This document shows positions 1 through 11,374 of a stretch of DNA of 64,000 nucleotides, in pieces. The translations under genes were made by a program, and so were the position numbers. The DNA lies in assembly GCA_951406725.2 (NCBI GenBank), contig OX597838.1:13454001-13518000 (forward strand), given 5' to 3'. Under the pieces are notes generated by a model. The model ran no database searches, was not told the DNA's origin, and worked only from the letters and a program-made list of their open reading frames with translations. This stretch comes from Octopus vulgaris. Taxonomy: Eukaryota. Within the stretch, counting starts at the first letter, position 1. Each line of letters opens with the position of its first letter.

Positions 1-8
1 GAGTTTTT

Positions 9-210
9 GGATCTTTTCTGTTTGATAGACGGAATTTTCTAGTTAACTAAAAAATTTGAAACTTCGTTAAACTACGTTTAAGTTACTAATTACAATTTTG
101 TTTTCAATTTTGTTTACAATAATGTTTTCTTTTGACACATTCTACCAGTATACGAAGTTTCAAATTGTTTAGTTAACTAGAAAATTCCGTCTATCAAACA
201 GAAAAGATCC
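9..210. mobile_element. Short foldback/MITE
   Basis: ggatcttttctgtttgatagacggaattttctagttaactaa (9..50) is the reverse complement of about 169..210. Confidence 0.7.
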
Positions 211-719
211 ATACACTCAGTTAGATACGAACTGTATTATATTATTTTCTTAAGAAAAATAATAAGCATAACTACAGTTTAGTGCCCCATTCCTCCCAGT
301 TGGTTTTATCACTGCATAGCTTCTTGAAGATATTTTTTACAATGAAATTTTGCACAGATACGTTTTCGAGGGTGCAGATTATTTTCTGAAGGAGTTTCAG
401 ATCATATTCTATCTATATATCGGCGGTTATGTAGCTAGAGTGTGTGCCACTGGGGCAGCCTTTGAGTTACAGCGGCTGGAACTTTTCTGTTTGGTTGCCA
501 GCGGAAATGGGGATGGAATCTATGGAGGAGAAAGACCTGGGAATACATCAATCAAAGTAGGGAAGACCAACCTCAGGTTGTTGAGCCTCAGAGGGGAGAA
601 CATAGCGAAGCAAAATAAGTGACAATTTGCTGTGCTCGAGCAGACGTATCCATCTTAGCTGAAAGAAAACGATATCCTAAAAGCATATCATTTATGCTCC
701 TGCATCCAAATGCAGCATA

Positions 720-1180
720 TTTTCCTTTTGAACGGCACTTTGTAACATAATTTCTAGGTAACTAAAAAGTTTTAAACTTCGTATACTGGTAGAATGTGTT
801 TATAAAACATCATTTTCTCTTTGCTTTATTGAGAAAATTCTATAGGTTGTAAGATATTTCGTCTGAAATTTCTTGCATTTCGGCAATATTAACCAATCGA
901 TTACCTCCATTGACGTAAATAACATTCTGTGCATAATGAATATGTCCCTCCTTTAAGAAACAGATTGGGTTTATTTACATTTGTGAAGTAAAAAAGATAC
1001 CCTTCCCCAACCGAAATGCAAAGTAATTTCAGACGAAATATCTTACAAACTATAGAATTTTCTCAATAAAGCCAAGAGAAAATGATGTTTTATAAACACA
1101 TTCTACCAGTATACGAAGTTTAAAACTTTCTTGTTACCTAGAAATTATGTTACAAACTGCCGTTCAAAGGGAAAAGATCC
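720..1180. mobile_element. Foldback/MITE with about 160-bp inverted arms, related to 9..210
   Basis: 720..882 is near-complementary to 1011..1176; ends in gaaaagatcc like the 9..210 element. Confidence 0.75.
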
Positions 1181-1894
1181 CAAATGCATCTTCAAAACAC
1201 CTGTCCTTCCTTCACCCTTCTATGATACTATTTTCTCAGCTCTTGTATTTATTTGTGAACAGAACTGCGTATATTTCATCCTTTTGTACTACCAGTTATC
1301 CCTCATCTTAGAACTACTTCCCTTGTCACCCATCCTGTATTTTCAACATTATCCCTTAACACAATATTTTCTACGGAACACTTCTATACCCAGAACACAC
1401 TCTTGTACCTACCAGCAATGCTTTCCCTCCACTTTTGTTTGTCTTGAACAATATCCATCCCTATATACGTCTGCCTTCTGTTTCTGTCACTCTTTACTCT
1501 TTTACTTGTTTCAGTCATTTAACTGTGGCCATGCCGGAGCACCGCCTTTAGTCGAGCAAATCGACCCCAGGACTTGTTCTTTGTAAACTTAGTACTTATT
1601 CTATAGTCTCTTTTGCCGAACCGCTAAGTTACGGGGACGTAAGCACACCACCATCGGTTGTCAAGCGATGTTGGGGACAAACACAGACACACAAACATAT
1701 ACACACGCAGATACATATATATATATGTATATATATATATATACAGATACAACCAGAGTTTTGGTCAGTTAGCAACTGAACTTCACAACCTCATATGTTC
1801 TTAAAATTTAAATCTACATCTTTATCTGTATATTTACCTTCTCTAAAATGTTATTTGATTTGAAAGCTTTTATATTATTGGAAAACCTATATAA

Positions 1895-1983
1895 TTGGCT
1901 GACGAGCACTCAGCATCTTAAATTTGCTGTAATACTTACTACAGCTTTTAATAAAATGTTGTAGTATGAAACAATTGTACCAA
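1895..1983 (+). ncRNA. Minimal type I hammerhead ribozyme-like motif with large stem II insert
   Basis: ttgg-CTGACGA-g...t-GAAA-caattg-TA-ccaa: stem I ttgg/ccaa, palindromic stem III. Confidence 0.55.
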
Positions 1984-2128
1984 ATTACTGGAGTCTTTCT
2001 TGTTGCTTATTTTTTATTATAATTATTATTTTTTATTATAATCACCCCGCAAATTTTTATGGTTAACACCATACAAAATTCTGGTGCATCTAAATTAAGT
2101 ACCATATTCATTTGAATCTAAATAGTTA

Positions 2129-2185
<57 letters not shown>

Positions 2186-2189
2186 TAAT

Positions 2190-2830
2190 ATTTCCATTCT
2201 ACAAATTACACAGCCCAAGTGCAATCGAGAGGAAAATCAGAGGAAAGAATTTTATTGATAAATTCGAACTCAAGCTAAATAAGCAATAATAATAATACCT
2301 AGATAGCAGGAAAATTATCTTATTTAGGGTTAAAAGTTCTATTGCCACCACCATCACCACTAGCAACAATAATTAAGGTGCTGACAATGATGATGATGAC
2401 AATTGAAATATAAAAATCTCTGACAAATGCTATTTACAACATTTCTAAAAATAGCCCAACAATTGCTGCCTCACACAGGGTTAAGATACAGGACTCTTGA
2501 CATGTTCAACAAAGCGTGACGCCTAAACCAATCAGCTCAACCATCCAATCAGCTTAAGTAATTGAGTGATACTACACACTGATTGGTCAGAATACAGTTT
2601 GCAAAACTTAGCTGTATTTAAGGAACAGATTCAATCATCTCGCTACAGTCAAAAATTGTGAAGCATGACTGTCACCACTACTACATGAACCTGAAGATTG
2701 CAGAATTTAATGCATGAAAGTACTAGTTCAATCAGAATGAACACTTAACATTCTACTATTTTATTTTATTCTATTATATTATCTTATAATATATCGTTAT
2801 AAGATTGTAAATAAAACATGAAAATCAGAC
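2190..2830 (+). mobile_element. Penelope-like element 3' remnant (GIY-YIG C-terminus-like, then 3' region with hammerhead)
   Basis: translates in fragments as FPFYKL...ERKIR..NFIDKFELKLNK, resembling PLE endonuclease C-termini; begins at a (TA)n run. Confidence 0.45.
2686..2730 (+). ncRNA. Minimal type I hammerhead ribozyme-like motif
   Basis: tgaac-CTGAAGA-ttgca gaatttaa tgcat-GAAA-gtac-TA-gttca: 5-bp stem I. Confidence 0.65.
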
Positions 2831-2953
2831 AAGGTTGGAATTCCTTTTATTAAAATATTCTTCTATACACAATCACACACACCCATATATATATCTATCT
2901 ATATATATATATATATCTGTAAATGTAATATGTGGCAATTCTTCGGTAGCCAT

Positions 2954-3014
2954 GATAAAACTCTGAGCTTCAGATGCCAAGGTGGAAATCCACGCCGCCA
3001 TCTCTTCAGTTATC
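2954..3014 (-). ncRNA. Hammerhead-like motif, inverted copy of 3244..3304 with GAAA changed to GAAG
   Basis: reverse complement reads gataa-CTGAAGA-gatg...catct-GAAG-ctcagag-TT-ttatc. Confidence 0.5.
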
Positions 3015-3243
3015 CAGCCATCGGAAAAATGCTATGAAAAATGACCCCAGACATCGGTTGAGGACTCTACCCCCGCAGAAGAATTCAATATGGACGCCTA
3101 TTACATTAATTATTCTATGAAAAACATACCTATACCATCAAGGGAACTATACTCTAAGAAACTTTTGGAGAAAATTGCAGACCTGATTAAGCACATGAGA
3201 TGGAAAGTTAGGGTCATTTTTCATAGCATTTTTCCGATGGCCG

Positions 3244-3304
3244 GATAACTGAAGAGATGGCGGCGTGGATTTCCACCTCAGCATCCGAAATTCGGAGTTT
3301 TATC
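3244..3304 (+). ncRNA. Minimal type I hammerhead ribozyme-like motif in a Penelope-like pseudo-LTR
   Basis: gataa-CTGAAGA-gatg...catcc-GAAA-ttcggag-TT-ttatc: 5-bp stem I. Confidence 0.65.
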
Positions 3305-4033
3305 ATGGCTACCGAATAATTGTCACATATTACATTTACAGATAAATTCCCCTATTTACATAATATCGAGGTCTCTTTCATTCTTTTGTTGTCTTACCAT
3401 TTTTATCAATATATATATATACATATATACAACGGGCTTCTTTCAGTTTCTGTCTACCAAATCCACTCACAAGGCTTTGGTTGGCCCAAGGCTAGAGTAG
3501 AAGACACTTGCCCAAGGTGCCACGCAGTGGGACTGAACCCGGAACCATGTGGCTGGTGAGCAAGCTGTTTTATTTCATAGAAATTTGCCATAAAGGCATT
3601 ACACAGAGTAGCTTGCGGGCTAGACATAAACATTAATGAAGCGGATGATTATGATGAAAAATGATAAAGGCGCCCGCCGACCCTCATTTTTTTTGCCTCA
3701 AAAATTCATAAACTGAAGTAATGAACCTCTTACAAAAATGCAATTTCTTGGACCAAAAGTCCATACAATCAAAATATAGTGTATACGCCAATTAGAGGCA
3801 ATAAACCTCTACACTTCCTCCGCCAGCAAATCTTGTGCAACTTGCAGGCACTGTTTCCACCGAAATCGGGAGTTCGAATGGAGAATTCTGAAAATCTTGC
3901 CTCCACACAAGTCAATTATCATATTGCATTGTTTTTTCAGTGAGACTCGAGATACCTACCATTATGAATAATACCAAATGTACCTTTCGGATTTTTCAAA
4001 ATGTGATGTAAGTCTTTGGTATAGCAATTGCAT

Positions 4034-4125
4034 GCGGATGAAGAGAGCTTTAAACCATCCTTTATGTTGATTATACAATGATATAAGAATAGGTCGTTTT
4101 ATAAAGCTTGAAACACGTGTACCGC
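4034..4125 (+). ncRNA. Hammerhead-like motif with a core C-to-A change
   Basis: gcgg-ATGAAGA-gagcttta...taaagctt-GAAA-cacgtg-TA-ccgc: stems I and II intact, palindromic stem III. Confidence 0.55.
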
Positions 4126-4178
4126 GACATCCTTTGTGTTCTGTTTTTAATTTCATTTGATGTATGTATATATATATC

Positions 4179-4432
4179 CGGTGGCACGTAAAAAGCACCA
4201 TCCGATCGTGGCCGTTTGCCAGCCTCATCTGGCACCTGTGCAGGTGGCACGTAAAAGGCACCCACTACACTCATGGAGTGGTTGGCATTAGGAAGGGCAT
4301 CCAGCTGTAGAAACACTGCCAGATCAGACTGGAGCCTGGTGCAGCCTCCATGGCTTCCCAGATCCCAGTTGAACCGTCCAACTCATGCTAGCATGGAAAA
4401 CGGACGTTAAATGATGATGATGATGATGATGA
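4179..4432. mobile_element. SINE-like repeat ending in (GAT)n (copies at about 6380..6700 and 49795..50610)
   Basis: shared core ggagtggttggcattaggaagggcatccagctgtagaaacactgcc...catgctagcatggaaaacggacg(gat)n. Confidence 0.8.
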
Positions 4433-4729
4433 TATTATATATATATATATATATATATATGTACATATCTATATATATATAGATAGATAGAGATAGAGAT
4501 ATATAGATATGATGATGCGTAGCCTAGTGGTTAGAGTGTTGCACTCACAATCATGAGATTGTGGTTTCAGTTCCTAGACCAGGTGGTGCATTGTGTTCTT
4601 GAGCAAGACACTTCATCTCAAGTTGCTCTACAATCATTTAAATACCTGATGTGTGGTACACTATGCAACTGATCAGGCAACATATTTCTAATTTTGGAAT
4701 TCAGTGAATAAACTTCACTGAAAATATAT

Positions 4730-5113
4730 GGAAGCACTCCGTCGGTTACGATGACGAGGGTTCCGGTTGATCCAAATCAACGGAACAGCCTGCTCGTGAA
4801 ATTAACGTGTAAGTAGCTGAGCACTCCACAGATACGTGTACCCTTAACGTAGTTCTCGGGGATATTCAGCGTGACACAGAGAGTGACAAGGCCGGCCCTT
4901 TGAAATACAGGTACAACAGAAACAGGAAGTAAGAGTGAGAGAAAGTTGTGGTGAAAGAGTACAGCAGGGGTCACCACCATACCCTGCCGGAGCCTCGTGG
5001 AGCTTTAGGTGTTTTCCATCAATAAACACTCACAACGCCCGGTCTGGGAATCGAAACCGCGATCCTATGACCGCGAGTCCGCTGCCCTAACCCCTGGGCC
5101 ATTGTGCCTCCAC
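4730..5113 (-). mobile_element. tRNA-derived SINE (near-identical copy at 41535..41927)
   Basis: minus-strand head with A box (tggcccagNggttagg) and B box (ggtttcgattccc). Confidence 0.85.
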
Positions 5114-5163
5114 TGAAAATATATATGTTTACGAAGGCTAGACAGGTATCTTCAGCTAGCAGG

Positions 5164-5203
5164 CCAGACTGATGACGAGCAAGACTCAGAAACATGTCTC
5201 TGG
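5164..5203 (+). ncRNA. Minimal type I hammerhead ribozyme-like motif
   Basis: ccaga-CTGATGA-cgag caaga ctca-GAAA-catg-TC-tctgg: 5-bp stem I, GUC triplet. Confidence 0.7.
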
Positions 5204-5497
5204 ATGCAGGCCTAGCTGTTGGGGGTGCTTGTCTCCCCTTTGTAAACATAAGGACACAGGAAATGTGTCAAGGCCGACAGGAAGTGTTGATGCTTCCTAG
5301 GGCTAAACAGCGGTGGTGTAATTCCCTCTATGGGACTGTCAAGTTAAGTTGACATTATACAACTGATCTATCGTTCCACCACCGCTCATATCTCTCTGAG
5401 ATATTTAGAAATTTAATATTTCTAAGTATATATATATATATATACTAAAAGTACAAAGTGAATTTGCATTTTTATATTTTTATAATTGTACTTTATA

Positions 5498-5628
5498 ATC
5501 TCTGATGAGGCCTTGAGATATATATATATATAAGAAACTCATTTTTAACTGCATATTACCTCAATACATCTGACTAATATAGGCAGAATGAGATAACCTT
5601 TATCTACAGGCTGAAACAGCTGTAAGAT
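5498..5628 (+). ncRNA. Hammerhead-like motif with about 95-nt loop II
   Basis: atct-CTGATGA-ggcct...aggct-GAAA-cagctg-TA-agat. Confidence 0.6.
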
Positions 5629-5784
5629 CCATTTTGTGTGTATTATTTTTAGGGTATTATCTTACTTATTGATGTATATTGTTTTATTTTGTTGGATTTG
5701 GATGTTCCTATTTATGTAGTTATATATATATATATATCATCATCATCATCATCATCGTTTAGCGTCCGTTTTCCATGCTAATAA

Positions 5785-6092
5785 AAGGAGCACTCTGTCA
5801 GTTATAACGGTGAGGGTCCCAGCTTATGTGATCAACAGAACAGCTTTCTCATGAAATTAACATGCAAGTGGCTGAGCACTCCACAGACACATGTACCCTT
5901 AACATAGTTCTCAAAGAGATTCAGCACGAACCAGTATGACAAGGCTGGCCCTTTGAAATACATTTTTGCCAGCTGAATGGACTGGAGCAATGTGAAATTA
6001 AGTGTCTTGCTCAAGGACACAACGCGTAGCTGGGAATTGAACTCATGACCTTACGATTGTGAGCCGAATGCCCTAACCACTAAGCCACGCAC
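5785..6092 (-). mobile_element. tRNA-derived SINE related to 4730..5113
   Basis: head gcgtggcttagtggttagggcattcgg...gagttcaattccc; shares body with the 4730 copy. Confidence 0.75.
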
Positions 6093-6097
6093 CTTTA

Positions 6098-6135
<38 letters not shown>

Positions 6136-7319
6136 CACACACGCACACATATATGCTGGATGTGTTGGGCAGCTTGACAGGATTCAGTGAACCATAAAGC
6201 TATGTAGACCCTAATGTCAGCTTTGATATGTTTTTGTATGGCTGGATGATCTTCCTGACACCAATCACTTTATAGAGTTTACTGGGTGCATTTCAGTGTC
6301 AACGGCACCAAGGAGGCTGTCTAGTAACTTGTAAGGCCAGAAAAGAAAGGAACAGGAAGAAGGACCAAAATGGGTAAAGGGCACCTGTGCCAGTGACACA
6401 TAAAAAGCACCGTCTGAACATGGCAGATGCCAGCGCCACCTGACTGGCGCCCGTGCCGGTGACACGTAAAAGCACCAACCGATCGTGGCTGTTTGCCAGC
6501 CTCCTTAGGCCCCTGTGCCAGTGGCATGTAAAATACACTCACGGAGTGGTTGGCATTAGGAAGGGCATCCAGCTGTAGAAACACTGCCAAACCAGACTGG
6601 AGCCTGGTGCAGCCTCCATGGCTTACCAGACCCCGGTCGAACCATCCAACTCATGCTAGCATGGAAAACAGAAGTTAAAGGATGATGATGATGATGAGGA
6701 TAAGAAGGAAAAGGCTTCTTTGACTATATGTGGCAGAGGAATAGTATTTGAGAGGAGGAGTGGCAATCTTTCTAAGCCAGGTGTGGTAGAAAAACAAACC
6801 AAGGTGGCTTGTAAAAGAGATTCAATGCTGAGTCGATGGAAAACTGAAAAGAAGATAGAAGTGGTGGTGGGATGCTGGAGCATCTCAAGGTACTTTGTGG
6901 GGTGGGGAACGGGAGTAGAGTTGCATGCAATAAGTGAGAGATACAGCAGTGGGTCAGGGACAAGTGGAGTGTGATGGTTCAGATGAGAGGGCATTGAAAG
7001 CGAAAGTAAGTAAGAGAGGTGTTGAGACTGGAGCATCGCAGAGGAGAGAGATCAATGGCTAAAGGCAGAATGGAAGATGATTGGTCGAAATAGTGTGGGC
7101 AGGGATGGTAATAAGAAATGGAAGTGATTCTGAGGAGGTGGGAATGTAGCATGTGCCTATTCTGCTCTTAGGTGATTACAGTAGCCAAATAGAGAAGTGA
7201 AGGATGCTAGGGGATGAGATGTGGAGGAAATGCTGGAAAGGCAGATAGAGAAAGAGAGAGGAACAACAAGGCTCCAAACATAAAAGGATAACCAAAGTGA
7301 TTTTAGGATATCATTTCCG

Positions 7320-7640
7320 CTGTGATGGATGAGTCTTTTTCAACACAGCAAATCACCAATTATATCTCAGTTTTTCATCATCTCCTCCATAAGGTTCAGC
7401 TTCTTGAAATCAACCTTCAATACATGATCCCATGTTTTCCTGGGTCTCTGTTTTCTACAAGTCCTATTCACTCTAAATGATTGGCACTTCTTATGCAGCT
7501 GTCCTCATCCATACACATCACATGACCAAATCATCACGGTATTCTCTCTTGCACACCACATCTGATTCCTCTTATGTTTATTTCCTTTTCCAATACATTT
7601 GCACTTTGTTACACATGCACACTGACATTGCACATCCAAC
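7320..7640 (-). mobile_element. Degenerate RTE-like LINE 3' remnant
   Basis: minus strand translates in fragments like RGIRCGVQER...FGHVMCMDED..., similar to 60310..60720. Confidence 0.55.
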
Positions 7641-8259
7641 ATTTACACAGTGAAAGTATTAATAGTGAAACCATTAAAACTGAAAGTATTATCTCACATT
7701 ACAATAGAGATGTTATTGTTTCACTTTTGACGCATAATACTGAAATAGTGTAAGAGATAAGAGATTGCTCCAGGCTCGCTTTAGGTAAGAAGCTGAAAAT
7801 TTTTTTGGCCCATGACACTGCATAGACCCTAAGTAAATCATATGTAAAATTTGAATAAAATTAGTTGGGTAGTTCTTGAGTTTTAGGTATTCACACAACT
7901 AGGGTGTTGGTGACTGGAAGGGCATCCAACCACAGAAAACTGCCTTAATTCCATCTGACCCATGCAAGTATGGAAAAGTGGATGTTAAAGTGAATTTGGA
8001 ACACAATGAACGGTAACATATTCTGCAAGGCTCCTCGTATGGTGCTCTGATGTCTAAACCACTTCACTGTCCTTGACTGGTACTTTATCTTTCGACCCTT
8101 GAAGGGTGTAAGACAAAGTGACTTATCTACACAAATGTGTGCCCCTATAGACTTTGTTTCCTCATAACATTTCAGAAACATTTTTTAATGAAACTTTCTA
8201 CGGATACCTTTTAAATGGTGTAGATGACGATTATATCAGAATTTAATGTGTGTGTGATG

Positions 8260-8340
<81 letters not shown>

Positions 8341-8423
8341 GTGTATATACATCACAGAACCGTCCAACCCATGCTAGCATGGAAAACGGACGCTAAACGA
8401 TGATGATGATGATGATGATGATG

Positions 8424-8468
<45 letters not shown>

Positions 8469-8974
8469 AATGGTGGGTGTAGCATTTGCACTACAAACAT
8501 TCAATATACTAAGATGGAAATGCTTTAATTTTTTTCCTTGGAAACACTTTCACTTCTCGTTTCATGGAACCTGAAAGCGAAGACGCGCCTATCTTTGATT
8601 TACGTAGGTACAAATACAGACAGGAAGAGAGAAAGCTCGACTTTAGCAATGGACTAGTTTATCGTTTCTTGAAAGGGAAAAAAAAATGCAAAACTGATTT
8701 GAGCATCATTTGAACTTAGTGAACAGAAATATAAAAAGACTACCAACATAGCCTTTTATGAAGCTCTTATGGGTATTATTGACGAGTGGAGAAGGGAAGG
8801 AAAAAGAGTCTCCGACAGATCAGTCAATAGAAGCAATATTGGTGATCAATGAAGATGGAGAAAGAGGAAAAAGAGTGAGATTTGTGGTGATGAGGAAGGA
8901 GGTTGTTTACGACTGTTTGTCACCTATGAAATAATATAGGAGGAGGGGGGCAGTTAGGGAGGGAGAGAGAGAGT

Positions 8975-10080
8975 GAGAGATACATACATACAAACATACC
9001 GAGAGAGAGGGAGGGAGAGAGAGCGAGAAATACACACAAACATACAGACAGAGAGAGAGAGAGAGCGAGAAATACACACAAACATACAGACAGAGAGGGA
9101 GGGAGAGAGAGAGAGAGAGAGAAATACACACAAACATACAGACAGAGAGGGAGAGAGAGAGAGAGCGAGAAATACACACAAACATACAGACAGAGAGGGA
9201 GGGAGAGAGAGAGAGAGAAATACACACAAACATACAGACAGAGAGGGAGGGAGAGAGAGAGAGAAATACACACAAACATACAGACAGAGAGGGAGGGAGA
9301 GAGAGAGAGAGAGAAATACACACAAACATACAGACAGAGAGGGAGGGAGAGAGAGAGAGCGAGAAATACACACAAACATACAGACAGAGAGGAAGGGAGA
9401 GAGAGAGAGAAATACACACAAACATACAGACAGAGAGGAAGAGAGAGAGAGAGCGAGAAATACACACAAACATACAGACAGAGAGGGAGGGAGAGCGAGA
9501 AATACACACAAACATACAGACAGAGAGGGAGGGAGGGAGAGAGAGAGAGCGAGAAATACACACAAACATACAGACAGAGAGGAGGGAGGGAGAGAGAGAG
9601 AGAGAGAAATACACACAAACATACAGACAGAGAGGAAGGGAGAGAGAGAGAGAGCGAGAAATACACACAAACATACAGACAGAGAGGGAGGGAGAGCGAG
9701 AAATACACACAAACATACAGACAGAGAGGGAGGGAGAGAGAGAGAGAAATACACACAAACATACAGACAGAGAGGGAGGGAGAGAGAGAGAGAGAGCGAG
9801 AAATACACACAAACATACAGACAGAGAGGGAGGGAGAGAGAGAGAGAGCGAGAAATACACACAAACATACAGACAGAGAGGGAGGGAGAGAGAGAGAGAG
9901 AGAGAAATACACACAAACATACAGACAGAGAGAGGGAGAGAGAGAGAAATACACACAAACATACAGACAGAGAGGGAGGGAGAGAGAGAGAGAGAAATAC
10001 ACACAAACATACAGACAGAGAGGGAGGGAGAGAGAGAGAGAGAAATACACACAAACATACAGAGAGAGAGAGAGAGAGTG
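8975..10080. repeat. Minisatellite of about 23 units of GAAATACACACAAACATACAGACAGAGAGG(GA)n, 42-54 bp each
   Basis: directly visible; explains the spurious 366-383 aa ORFs. Confidence 0.95.
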
Positions 10081-10457
10081 GGAAAGAGTGAGAAATTGAG
10101 AGAGAGGGTATGAAGAAGGTGTAGAGACCGTGTAAGGGTGAATTGGGTGGAAAAGAAATAAAATCTACCCGGAAAAAGGATAGGAATATAAGGGGAGAAG
10201 GATAGAAGAGGAAAGCAAGGGAAAGAATAAGAGTGAAAAACTGTTTTATATATACAAATATATATATATATATTTATTATATATAGTCAGTTAAGACATT
10301 AAGCATTTTAACTCTCTCTCTCTTTAATAAAGACATTCTATCTTTCTCTGTATATATAAATAGAGAGAGGGATAGAAAGAGTGAGAGAGAGATAGAAAGT
10401 GTGAGAGAGAATGGGAAGAGAAGCAGAGAGGGAGCATAGCTAATGTTCAAAAAGCAA

Positions 10458-10609
10458 CCAATGAAAAACGTTTGTACAGTGCGAGAGGTGGAGACCTACG
10501 TCATCAATCGGGCTCTGCTCCTTCGTCTCTTAGTCATCCTCACACTATAACTCCACTTGCCACTGCTTTAAGCTTACTGCGCAGTCGCAAACCAGACAAC
10601 CATACCAAC
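10458..10609 (+). promoter_or_regulatory. Probable FET promoter and 5' UTR
   Basis: CCAAT at 10458..10462, CRE-like TACGTCA at 10497..10503, pyrimidine-rich initiator-like stretch; no clear TATA. Motif matches only. Confidence 0.45.
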
Positions 10610-10622
10610 ATGGCTGAACCAC
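10610..10622 (+). CDS. FET gene coding exon 1 (MAEP, phase 1)
   Basis: ccaacATGGCTGAACCAC|gtaagt: good Kozak context, strong donor, CpG-richer surroundings. Confidence 0.85.
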
Positions 10623-11324
10623 GTAAGTAGAATCGGTTTGTTTCCTTCGGCGACTTTTGTTCCATTTAAAACGAAACTTCTTCGATCGTAATGTCGGTTA
10701 AAGCTACGTCGAAAGATGACTCGATGTTCGAGCTACGTTTCCCACTCATTTTCGATTCTTAATATTCAAGAAACCGTGTAGAATTTAGCGATTTAGTTTC
10801 ACCCATCTTCCGGCTTCGTTCCATGCGAAACGACAAAGAAGTGTGGCGGAAAAATGGCTGACAATTTGAAAAAAAAAAAAAAAAAAAATTTTTTTTTTTC
10901 CCTCCTTAACAATTTATCGTTACCAGCATCAATGTAAAGGGGCTGCTTTCGAATTCATTGCATTATTTCCCATTTTATCTCGACCTTACGAACAATACAC
11001 AGCCTTAATTTCAACGCCACATGTCTAATAAAGGGTTGTGTATAACCAAACAGGAGAGATTGCTCAATGCAACATCTCCTCCTCTTGGCTTCTTCTCTCT
11101 TTTTTCTCTGTGTCTGAGGGTTTTTATGTCTATTTCTGTCTTCCTGCCTGATTGAACGCGCAAAAAAAAAGAGCTAGAAATCTCTAAAGTTTGCAAACGG
11201 ATTTCTATTTTCTATATATATATGATGCAAGCTAGATTATATTAGTAGATTGAATGAATGTCTGGCCTCAACAAAAATCCATCCAAAGAATGCAATAGTA
11301 CATATGAACTTAGACATTTCTCAT

Positions 11325-11374
<50 letters not shown>

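Larger units (their letters stand above)
2914..3344. mobile_element. Penelope-like element fragment: about 133-bp inverted pseudo-LTR arms around the ORF N-terminus
   Basis: arms 2914..3047 and 3211..3344 are near-perfect inverted repeats; spacer from ATG 3090 encodes MDAYYINYSMKNIPIPSRELYSKKLLEKIADLIKHMRWKV, the YSxKNIP...MRWK motif of PLE ORFs. Confidence 0.75.

Noticed and set aside
8907-10091. Four long ORFs of 366-383 aa
   Set aside because: Translations of a stop-free minisatellite in several frames; no coding signature
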